Below, piece by piece: positions 23,791 to 31,513 of a DNA stretch of 32,000 nucleotides (position 1 is its first letter; the number at the start of each line of letters is the position of its first letter). Below the pieces are notes generated by a model. That model saw only the letters and a list, made by a program, of their open reading frames with translations. It searched no databases and was not told where the DNA came from. The translations under genes and the position numbers were made by a program. The stretch lies in the NCBI GenBank assembly GCA_964536865.1, contig CAZHYN010000011.1, positions 15,248-47,247 on the forward strand, given 5' to 3'. This DNA comes from an uncultured Planctomycetia bacterium (GTDB lineage: Bacteria; Omnitrophota; Gorgyraeia; Duberdicusellales; 4484-171).

Positions 23791-24561
23791 ATGAAATTCA
23801 GTAAGGAGTTAGGGCAAATATTTTTAAGAGATAGAAGATATGTAAAGAAAATAATAAGTTCTATGGATATAGAAGGGAAGGAGGTCTTGGAGATAGGAGC
23901 AGGTAAAGGAGAGTTAACTCAATATTTACTGAAGAAGGTAAAAAAAATATGGTGTGTTGAGTTTGATTCTCGATTAGTAGAAATTCTTAATAAAAGATTC
24001 TCATCTTTTTCTAATCTAGAAATTATAAACGAGGATATTTTAAAGGTAGATTTAAGTTCCTTTGGAGGAGAGTTGATAGTGTTTGGGAATATTCCCTACT
24101 ATATAAGTAATAAGTTTATAAGATACATTGTGAGCCAAAGAAAGTGGATTAAAGAAGTATACGCTTCTTTTCAAAAAGAATTTGCAGAGAAACTCACCGC
24201 TCATCCCAGAGAAAAAGCTTATAGTTTCTTGACTTGCTATATACAATATTTCGCTATACCTGAGATTATCTTCCATATCCCTAAACAGGCTTATTGGCCT
24301 CAGCCGAGAGTAGATTCTTCCTTTGTGAGGATAAAGTTTTTGCCAGCTCCTCCTCATCCTGTTAGGAACGAGAAGAAGTTGTTTAAAGTTATAAAAGTTG
24401 CCTTTCAGGGAAGGCGGAAGAAGATTATAAATTCCTTATCTTCTCTTTATTCTAAAGGGAAGATAAAGGAAGTATTAGAAGGTGTAGGAATAAGCGAAGA
24501 ACAAAGACCAGATTCTCTATCATTGGAGGATTATTGTAAAATTGCTGATTATTTAGCTTAG
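23791..24561 (+). CDS. rsmA: 16S rRNA (adenine1518/1519-N6)-dimethyltransferase
   Basis: LGQIFLRD, EIGAGKGELT, GNIPYYIS, PRVDSSFVRI, FQGRRKKI. Confidence 0.92.
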   Translation: MKFSKELGQIFLRDRRYVKKIISSMDIEGKEVLEIGAGKGELTQYLLKKVKKIWCVEFDSRLVEILNKRFSSFSNLEIINEDILKVDLSSFGGELIVFGNIPYYISNKFIRYIVSQRKWIKEVYASFQKEFAEKLTAHPREKAYSFLTCYIQYFAIPEIIFHIPKQAYWPQPRVDSSFVRIKFLPAPPHPVRNEKKLFKVIKVAFQGRRKKIINSLSSLYSKGKIKEVLEGVGISEEQRPDSLSLEDYCKIADYLA

Positions 24562-24573
24562 TTGATTTATGAG

Positions 24574-24602
24574 TTGACACCTATGTGGGAGGGTGGTAGA
24601 AT
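24574..24602 (+). promoter_or_regulatory. Promoter of the glucan operon: TTGACA, 17-nt spacer, TAGAAT
   Basis: TTGACA at 24574-24579 and TAGAAT at 24597-24602. SD AAAGGAGG precedes ATG 24629. Confidence 0.6.
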
Positions 24603-24628
24603 TCTTTCTGTCCTAAAAGGAGGTAAAG

Positions 24629-25702
24629 ATGAAAAAAAATACAAGAAAGAAAAAAATATCTTCTACTTCTACAAAGAAAAAAAGGACAGTTACCCAGAGA
24701 GTAAAAACTCGAGTTAGGACCTTAAAGAGAAAGATCGAAAGGATTAGAAAGAGAAGAACCTCTTCCCTCTATAAGAAAAAAGAAAAATTACCCAAGTTAA
24801 AAACTCCTCTTCCTACCCCACAAGAAAGAATTAGCGCAGATAAGGAGAAAGTAGAAGTCTCTAAATTCGTGAGACTTAAAGAACCTCAACTTGTTTCTCA
24901 AGAGATAGGAGAAGTTAGTTTACCTCAAAAATATTACGATAATAGGATTACTCTCTTGCCCAGAGATCCTTGGTGGCTACATACCTATTGGGATATTAGT
25001 GAGACGAAAATTAGTGAAGTTGTTTCCTCTATACCTATATACGAGAGAGGAAATCTAAGATGGATTTTAAGAGTTTATGACGTTACAGGGGTAAAAGATT
25101 TTAGAGGAGACAATGCAAATTCTTTTTTTGATATCGATATTCATTTTGAGGCGGGTAACTGGTATATAAATGTAGATAGACCAGAAAGGGAGTGGTGTGT
25201 AGAGATTGGATTTAAGAATCCTTATGGTAAGTTTTTCCCTTTAGTGCGTTCAAATATAATTAAAACTCCTTGCTTTGGGGTTTCTAGCATGGTAGATGAG
25301 GAATGGATTCTGGGCGAGGAGGATTATTATAAGATTTTGGGGATTTATGACTTAGGTAAAAGTTCTCTAGAGAGACGAAGGAAGTTAGAAGAGATTATAA
25401 AATACCAGATTTCTAGTGGAGCATTTTCTGGAGGGATAAGCAGTCTCTTTTCTTTTGCGAAGAAGGAGGAGGCACGGAAATTTTTCTTAGAGGTATGGAC
25501 GGAGCTTATTATTTACGGAAGAACTCATCCTAAAGCTACAGTAGATGTAGAAAAGAGACGTGTTAACTTAAGAAGCGATGGAACATTCTCTTTAAGATAT
25601 GCCTTACCGGAAGGGAACTTTGAGTTTAAGATAGTGGCTACTTCGCCTGATAAAAAAGAGACAATAAAGCTTACCCCTACTATTAAGAGAGGTACAAAGT
25701 GA
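24629..25702 (+). CDS. DUF4912-family protein with a highly basic N-terminal extension
   Basis: Core block DNRITLLPRDPWWLHTYWDISE...LRVYDVTG...FDIDI is characteristic of DUF4912, a frequent neighbour of GH57 branching enzymes. By my count about 28 of the first 60 residues are K/R. Confidence 0.75.
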   Translation: MKKNTRKKKISSTSTKKKRTVTQRVKTRVRTLKRKIERIRKRRTSSLYKKKEKLPKLKTPLPTPQERISADKEKVEVSKFVRLKEPQLVSQEIGEVSLPQKYYDNRITLLPRDPWWLHTYWDISETKISEVVSSIPIYERGNLRWILRVYDVTGVKDFRGDNANSFFDIDIHFEAGNWYINVDRPEREWCVEIGFKNPYGKFFPLVRSNIIKTPCFGVSSMVDEEWILGEEDYYKILGIYDLGKSSLERRRKLEEIIKYQISSGAFSGGISSLFSFAKKEEARKFFLEVWTELIIYGRTHPKATVDVEKRRVNLRSDGTFSLRYALPEGNFEFKIVATSPDKKETIKLTPTIKRGTK

Positions 25703-25703
25703 T

Positions 25704-27284
25704 ATGGAGAAAGGATATTTGGCGCTAATCTTACATGCCCACCTTCCTTTTGTACGTCATCCAGAGTATGAAGAGTTTTTAGAGGAACGTTGGTTTTTTG
25801 AAGCATTGACTGAGACTTATATTCCTCTCTTAGAGATTTTCGAGAGGCTGGATAATGACAGAGTAGATTTTTCTCTCACCCTTAATCTTTCGCCTACTCT
25901 ATGTAGTATGATGGACGACCAACTTCTTAAGGAAAGGTATGTTAGATACTTAGATAAAATGATCGAACTCTGTGAGAAAGAGATAGAGCGTACAAGATTT
26001 TCTCCTTCTTTCCATAAGTTGGCACTGATGTATTATTATCGCTTCAGAAGAACAAAAGATAAATTCTGCTACCATTACAATCAGAATCTTTTGAGAGAAT
26101 TCAAAAAATACCAGGACAAAGGATTTTTGGAGATAATAACCTGTGCAGGTACGCATGGTTTTTTACCTCTTCTTATAAGTAAAGAGGCAATAAAAGCGCA
26201 AATTCAGGTAGGAGTAAGTTCTTATATTAAATACTTTTCTTCCCATCCTAAGGGGATGTGGCTTCCCGAATGTGGTTACTTTGAGGGATTAGATAAGTTT
26301 CTAAAAGATGTGGGGTTGAAGTATTTTATCTTAGAGACTCACGGAGTACTTTTTTCTAGGCCACGTCCTAAGTTTGGAGTTTATTCCTCTTATTATACCA
26401 AGAGAAGGATAGCAGTCTTTGGTAGAGATCCTGAGTCTTCTAAGAGCGTTTGGTCTTCAATCGAAGGCTATCCTGGAGATTACAATTATCGGGAGTACTA
26501 TCGAGATATTGGCTTTGATTTAGATTATGATTATATAAAGCCTTATATATCCCCCTCTGGAGCAAGAATATTTACAGGGATAAAGTATTATAAGATCACC
26601 GGTCCTACCCCTTATAAACAACCTTACCTCCCTGAGGAGGCAAAGAAGAAAGCTGCTGAGCATGCAGGAAACTTTATGTTTAATAGAGAGAAGCAAGCAG
26701 AGTATCTTTTCGGAGTATTAAGGAGAAAGCCTATTATAGTAGCTCCTTATGATGCAGAATTGTTTGGTCACTGGTGGTTTGAGGGAATAGATTGGCTCGA
26801 GTTTCTAATAAGAAAGATAAGATATGATCAGGAGAATATAAAACTTATTACTCCCTCCCGTTACCTTAAACTCTATCCTAAAAATCAAGTGATAAATCCT
26901 GCTCCCTCCAGCTGGGGATGGAAGGGTTACTATGAGGTTTGGCTCAATGGTTCAAATGATTGGATTTATCCTCACCTTCATCGTGCTCAAGAAGCAATGG
27001 TCAAGTTAGCTAATAGGTATAAAAATAGTGATGGCCTAAAGAGACGGATTCTTAATCAGATGGCTAGGGAAGTTCTCTTAGCCCAGTCTAGTGATTGGGC
27101 ATTTATGATGAAAACAAACACTTTTAGTGAGTATGCTAGAAAAAGGATAGTTGTCCATCTTGAGCGTTTTCATCTCTTAAAAAATTATTTAGAAAAAAAC
27201 TTCTATAATTTTGAAGTCCTTGAGGATATAGAGAGAAAAGATAACCTCTTTCCCGATATAGAATTTTCCATATTCCAATCCTGA
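25704..27284 (+). CDS. GH57-family 1,4-alpha-glucan branching enzyme (DUF1957 type)
   Basis: GYLALILHAHLPFVRHPE, GMWLPECGYF (nucleophile region), APYDAELFGHWWFEG (acid/base region), QSSDWAFMM. Confidence 0.85.
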   Translation: MEKGYLALILHAHLPFVRHPEYEEFLEERWFFEALTETYIPLLEIFERLDNDRVDFSLTLNLSPTLCSMMDDQLLKERYVRYLDKMIELCEKEIERTRFSPSFHKLALMYYYRFRRTKDKFCYHYNQNLLREFKKYQDKGFLEIITCAGTHGFLPLLISKEAIKAQIQVGVSSYIKYFSSHPKGMWLPECGYFEGLDKFLKDVGLKYFILETHGVLFSRPRPKFGVYSSYYTKRRIAVFGRDPESSKSVWSSIEGYPGDYNYREYYRDIGFDLDYDYIKPYISPSGARIFTGIKYYKITGPTPYKQPYLPEEAKKKAAEHAGNFMFNREKQAEYLFGVLRRKPIIVAPYDAELFGHWWFEGIDWLEFLIRKIRYDQENIKLITPSRYLKLYPKNQVINPAPSSWGWKGYYEVWLNGSNDWIYPHLHRAQEAMVKLANRYKNSDGLKRRILNQMAREVLLAQSSDWAFMMKTNTFSEYARKRIVVHLERFHLLKNYLEKNFYNFEVLEDIERKDNLFPDIEFSIFQS

Positions 27285-27286
27285 AG

Positions 27287-28849
27287 ATGAAAACTCCTAC
27301 GGAAGTTCTATTCTTATGGCATATGCACCAGCCTTTCTATAAGCTTCCCTTCCATCGGGATTATTACTTAGGATGGGTACGTTTACATTGTGTGAAGGAT
27401 TACTATTCTATGGTAAAGATGCTCTATAAATTTGATAAAGTAAAGGTAACTTTTAACTTTAGTGGTGCACTTTTGGCTCAAATACTCGACTACGCTCATA
27501 ATAAGGCTAAGGATTACTATCTTACCCTTACTCTAAAGGATCCTAAGAGTTTAACCAAGAGAGAAAGAGAATTTATTCTGGATAGATTTTTCTCCGTAAA
27601 CTTTGAAAGAATAATAAAACCTCACAGACGCTATCTTCAACTTTATCAGAAGAAGATTTCTAAGAGGAAATTTTTACCTCAAGATATATTAGACTTGCAA
27701 GTTCTTTTTAACTTAGCGTGGTTTTCACCATATAGTTTCAAAGAGGACAAAGGTCTAAGGGAACTGAAGAAAAAAGAAAAAAATTATACTCAAATAGATA
27801 AACGTTATATCATAGAGAAGCAATATCAAATAATATCTGTTACTTTACCTCTCTATAATCGGCTACTTAGAGACAAAAGGATTGAAATTTCTGTTTCTCC
27901 TTTTTACCATCCTATTCTTCCCTTAGTATATGATACCGAAATCCTAAAAGAATTCCCTCACCTTAAAAAACCTGTTTTGAGATTTTCTCATCCTGAGGAT
28001 TGTCGGTATCAGCTTCGTCGTTCCAAAGAAATCTTTAAAAAAATTTTTAAGAAAGAAGTGGAGGGGAGTTGGCCTTCCGAAGGTAGTATTTCTGAAGAGG
28101 TAGTAAATATATATAAAGAGGAAGACTTTAGTTGGATTGCTTTAGATGAAGGAATTCTTTTTAAGAGTTTAACTACCGAGTACGTATCCTACGATTTGAT
28201 AAAAAATCAGAGACATCTTATCTATAAACCCTATCAGTTCTCTGGTGTAAATATCTTCTTTAGGGATAGGAACTTATCCGATGCTATAAGTTTTATCTAT
28301 CAAGGATGGGAGGATCCAGTTTTTGCGGGTTATGACTTATTAGAGCATTTCAAGCGAATTCACTATTATACCCAAGGGATGTTAAAGAACCGAGTAATTA
28401 CTATCACAATGGATGGAGAGAACGCTTGGGAGTACTATCCTAACAACGGAGTGGATTTTTTAGAGACTGTATACTCTGCGCTAGAGAAGAGTCACATTCT
28501 TACTACTACCTTACCCAGCGAGTTTCTTAAGAAGGTGTATCCTAAAAGGTTGGAGAGGCTTAGCCCGGGATCATGGATCAACGCGGATTTTGGAGTTTGG
28601 GTTGGTTCTAAGGAGAATAATCTGAATTGGTACATTCTAAGAAGAGTGAGGGATTTAATAGAGAAAAGTAAAGACAAAGTTAAGAATCCTGATAAACTAA
28701 GAGAATACTTTTATATTCTAGAAAGTAGCGATTGGAATTGGTGGAATACTTTTCGTGAGCCAACAGGAGATTTTAAAAAGTTGTTTACTTCCTATGTTAA
28801 GGAGATTTTTCGAATGTTAAAGAAGAAGCCTCCCAGCTACATTAAGTAA
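27287..28849 (+). CDS. GH57-family glycoside hydrolase (second paralogue; specificity unknown)
   Basis: LWHMHQPFYK, SPFYHPILPL, GSWPSEGSISEE, ITMDGENAWEYY, ESSDWNWW. Confidence 0.82.
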   Translation: MKTPTEVLFLWHMHQPFYKLPFHRDYYLGWVRLHCVKDYYSMVKMLYKFDKVKVTFNFSGALLAQILDYAHNKAKDYYLTLTLKDPKSLTKREREFILDRFFSVNFERIIKPHRRYLQLYQKKISKRKFLPQDILDLQVLFNLAWFSPYSFKEDKGLRELKKKEKNYTQIDKRYIIEKQYQIISVTLPLYNRLLRDKRIEISVSPFYHPILPLVYDTEILKEFPHLKKPVLRFSHPEDCRYQLRRSKEIFKKIFKKEVEGSWPSEGSISEEVVNIYKEEDFSWIALDEGILFKSLTTEYVSYDLIKNQRHLIYKPYQFSGVNIFFRDRNLSDAISFIYQGWEDPVFAGYDLLEHFKRIHYYTQGMLKNRVITITMDGENAWEYYPNNGVDFLETVYSALEKSHILTTTLPSEFLKKVYPKRLERLSPGSWINADFGVWVGSKENNLNWYILRRVRDLIEKSKDKVKNPDKLREYFYILESSDWNWWNTFREPTGDFKKLFTSYVKEIFRMLKKKPPSYIK

Positions 28850-28850
28850 A

Positions 28851-30884
28851 ATGGGTAAGACTTACTTTCTCTTTGGTGTACATAATCATCAGCCCGTAGG
28901 TAACTTTCCTCACATCTTTGAAGAAGCTTATCAGAAATGTTATCTTCCCTTCCTTACTCTCTTGGAGGCCTATCCTAAAGTAAAATGTAATTTTCATATA
29001 AGTGGACCTCTCTATGATTGGATCTTGGATAATCACAGAGAGTATATTTCTAAGCTAAGGATGTTGGTAGATAGAGGGCAAATAGAGATCATAAGTGGGG
29101 CTTACTATGAACCTATTCTTCCTTTGATAGCTGACGAAGATAAACTCTCTCAGATAAAATTTATGAATGGATTTATTAAAGAGAAGTTTTCTGTTACTCC
29201 TAAGGGGATTTGGGTAGCAGAAAGGGTTTGGGAACCTTATTTGGCACGAATAATAAATTTGGCTAATCTAAAGTATACCTTTTTGGACGATACGCATTTT
29301 CGTTACGCAGGTTTAAGTCGGAAAGAATTTACAGGGTATTATCTCACGGAAGATAACTATCTCCCTATTTATATTTTTCCCATAAGCAAGTCTTTAAGGT
29401 ATAAGATTCCCTTCTCTCTAGCAGATGAAGCTATAGATCTTCTTAAGAGTTTTTCAGCAAGAGGGGATATTCTTGTGACTCTCTTCGACGACGGAGAAAA
29501 GTTTGGCCTGTGGCCTTATACCTTTGATTGGGTTTATGGTAAAGAATGGCTTAGACAGTTCTTTGAGTTACTTACACAAAGCATAGACAAGATAGAGACT
29601 ATCACAGCCTCTGAAGCTTTAGAGCAGTTTCAACCCCAAGAGATAGTTTACTTACCTTGTGCCTCCTATCAAGAGATGGGAGAATGGGTCCTTGAACCAG
29701 AAACTTTCTCCATCTATCAAGATTTACAGAATTTCCTTAAGAAATCGCCTCATCATCAGGCGTTTCATAATTTCGTAAGGGGAGGATTTTTTAGAAATTT
29801 TTATACTAAGTATCCTCGTCTGAATTATATGCATAAACGGATGCTTTCCTTGAGCAAGAAAATTAATGTTCACACAACTCCTGAGAAAAATAAGAGAGTT
29901 TTCTGTTTCTTATGGAAGGCTCAGTGTAACTGTGCCTATTGGCATGGTATCTTTGGAGGATTTTATCTTCCTCATATAAGAGATGCCGTTTATTATAATC
30001 TAATAAAGGCTGAAGAAGAATTTGATAAAAAGTATGTTAAGGTTCCTTTGATTGCAGAGGAAATGGATATAGATTTAGATGGTAATCAAGAAATAATTCT
30101 AAAGAATAGAGAATTAACTTGTATATTTACCTCTAGAGGAGGGAGTTTGATAGAATTGAGTATGCGTAGCAAAGGATTCAATTTATTGAATACTATAACT
30201 AGGAGAGAGGAATCGTACCATAGCAAAATTAAAGAAAAGAGTTTTTCTTTACCAAAACGCACTGCTACTATCCATGACATTATTCAAAGTAAAGAGAAAG
30301 ATTTGGAGAGCTATTTGATTTATGATAGCTATGAAAAAGTAGGATTGGTAGATCACATATTATCTAATGATATAGATATCAGGAATTTTAAGAAAGGAAA
30401 AGGATTTACTACCTTAGGGAATCAGCTCTATGATCTCAACGTTAAGAAGAGGGAGGAGAAGATAGATATTTGTTTTTCTTCTCCCGATAAGAAATTTACG
30501 AAAATAGTTTCTTTTAGTAAGGAAAGTGAATTTTTAGTTATCTACGAGTTTAAAGACGATCGCTTATGGAGGAATAATCTTTTAGGAGTAGAGTGGAATC
30601 TATTTTTTCCTTCATGGCAAGATATAAAGATTAACGGTCAAGAATTTAATTTGGGAGAGATAGGATTGACAGAAAAAACTTCTTTATTGATTTCTGATTT
30701 TTACAAAAGAATAACAGTTGAATTTACGTTTGATAAGGCGGATTTATTTATTCTCCCGGTTTATTCGGTTTCCTCTTCCGAGTCAGGATTTGAGAAGGTT
30801 TTTCAGCAATTATGCCTTCTATTTATTAGAAAGATAGAAAATGATAGATTTCACTTGGCTTGTTTTCTAAAAAAGGAGGAATAA
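28851..30884 (+). CDS. GH57-family 4-alpha-glucanotransferase/alpha-amylase-like enzyme with a C-terminal beta-sandwich extension
   Basis: FGVHNHQPVGNF, GAYYEPILPL, GIWVAERVWEP (nucleophile Glu), TLFDDGEKFG (catalytic Asp). At 677 aa it resembles Thermococcus-type 4-alpha-glucanotransferases. Confidence 0.85.
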   Translation: MGKTYFLFGVHNHQPVGNFPHIFEEAYQKCYLPFLTLLEAYPKVKCNFHISGPLYDWILDNHREYISKLRMLVDRGQIEIISGAYYEPILPLIADEDKLSQIKFMNGFIKEKFSVTPKGIWVAERVWEPYLARIINLANLKYTFLDDTHFRYAGLSRKEFTGYYLTEDNYLPIYIFPISKSLRYKIPFSLADEAIDLLKSFSARGDILVTLFDDGEKFGLWPYTFDWVYGKEWLRQFFELLTQSIDKIETITASEALEQFQPQEIVYLPCASYQEMGEWVLEPETFSIYQDLQNFLKKSPHHQAFHNFVRGGFFRNFYTKYPRLNYMHKRMLSLSKKINVHTTPEKNKRVFCFLWKAQCNCAYWHGIFGGFYLPHIRDAVYYNLIKAEEEFDKKYVKVPLIAEEMDIDLDGNQEIILKNRELTCIFTSRGGSLIELSMRSKGFNLLNTITRREESYHSKIKEKSFSLPKRTATIHDIIQSKEKDLESYLIYDSYEKVGLVDHILSNDIDIRNFKKGKGFTTLGNQLYDLNVKKREEKIDICFSSPDKKFTKIVSFSKESEFLVIYEFKDDRLWRNNLLGVEWNLFFPSWQDIKINGQEFNLGEIGLTEKTSLLISDFYKRITVEFTFDKADLFILPVYSVSSSESGFEKVFQQLCLLFIRKIENDRFHLACFLKKEE

Positions 30885-30885
30885 G

Positions 30886-31110
30886 ATGGCAAAAGCTAAT
30901 TTTCCAAAGGAGAAAAGTAAAAGAGAGAATTTCAAAAGAAGGTCTTCAAGGAAGCTTCCTCTTTCCTCTTTAACTTTAGAGAAACTCTCCAAATGGATAA
31001 GAGAAAGAGCTTACTATCTTTGGGAAGAGGAAGGAAGACCTCAAGGTAAAGATCTAGATATTTGGGTTAAAGCAGAAAGAGAGGTTTTCTCTCAATTAAT
31101 AAAAAAATAA
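30886..31110 (+). CDS. DUF2934-family small protein
   Basis: IRERAYYLWEEEGRPQGKDLDIWVKAERE is the DUF2934 signature. Starts 1 nt after the preceding stop. Confidence 0.75.
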   Translation: MAKANFPKEKSKRENFKRRSSRKLPLSSLTLEKLSKWIRERAYYLWEEEGRPQGKDLDIWVKAEREVFSQLIKK

Positions 31111-31183
31111 GAAGCTATTTTTCAAGATAAGGAAGATAGTGTATAATTTTATATTGAGAAAGGGTAAGTAACAAGGAGGAGGG

Positions 31184-31387
31184 ATGAGAAAAGATTATCC
31201 ATTGGGAGGGGATATTTTTCTTGCTACTGCTTTTGTGCTGTTTGTATCTGCTATCTTTTTTCGTCTTCTAGGGATATTTCATCTATTCTTAGGCATCACT
31301 ATATATGGGTTTCTGAGAGTTGCAGAAATGTGTTTACTTTTTAGTATCGCCATAAGTTTAGTAGATATCAGCCGTAAGATTAAATAG
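31184..31387 (+). CDS. Hypothetical small two-TM membrane protein (67 aa)
   Basis: Two hydrophobic helices. Strong SD AAGGAGGAGGG immediately upstream of the ATG. Confidence 0.55.
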   Translation: MRKDYPLGGDIFLATAFVLFVSAIFFRLLGIFHLFLGITIYGFLRVAEMCLLFSIAISLVDISRKIK

Positions 31388-31421
31388 GTTCAATTTCATT
31401 CCTCAAATTATCTTTCCTTGA

Positions 31422-31513
31422 GGAGGGGTGCGAGAGTTTGGCTTAATCGGCACGACTGGAAATCGTGTATCCTGCCAAAAGCGGGATCGAGGGTTCAAAT
31501 CCCTCCCCCTCCG
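31422..31513 (+). tRNA. tRNA-Ser (anticodon GGA), class II with long variable arm, CCA not encoded
   Basis: Manual cloverleaf: acceptor GGAGGGG/CCCCTCC, D stem CGA/TCG, anticodon stem CACGA/TCGTG with loop CTGGAAA, variable arm ATCCTGC-CAAAA-GCGGGAT, T arm GAGGG-TTCAAAT-CCCTC, discriminator G. Confidence 0.92.

Noticed and set aside
779-30280. All minus-strand ORFs in the track: 779-1000, 1263-1538, 1649-1852, 2064-2312, 5934-6218, 6215-6538, 7077-7367, 8778-8966, 12390-12731, 18769-18957, 19571-19774, 21222-21422, 22835-23095, 24052-24357, 25525-25806, 25950-26156, 28492-28677, 28842-29036 and 30086-30280.
   Set aside because: Each lies antisense within a plus-strand gene that has clear family motifs. 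Their translations are low-complexity (Leu/Ser/Phe/Ile-rich, as expected from the reverse complement of an AT-rich coding strand) with no recognisable motifs or ribosome-binding sites.
31401-31423. Hairpin CCTCAA-N11-TTGAGG as a terminator of the small membrane-protein gene.
   Set aside because: It has only 6 bp and no U-run, and its 3' arm overlaps the first bases of tRNA-Ser.
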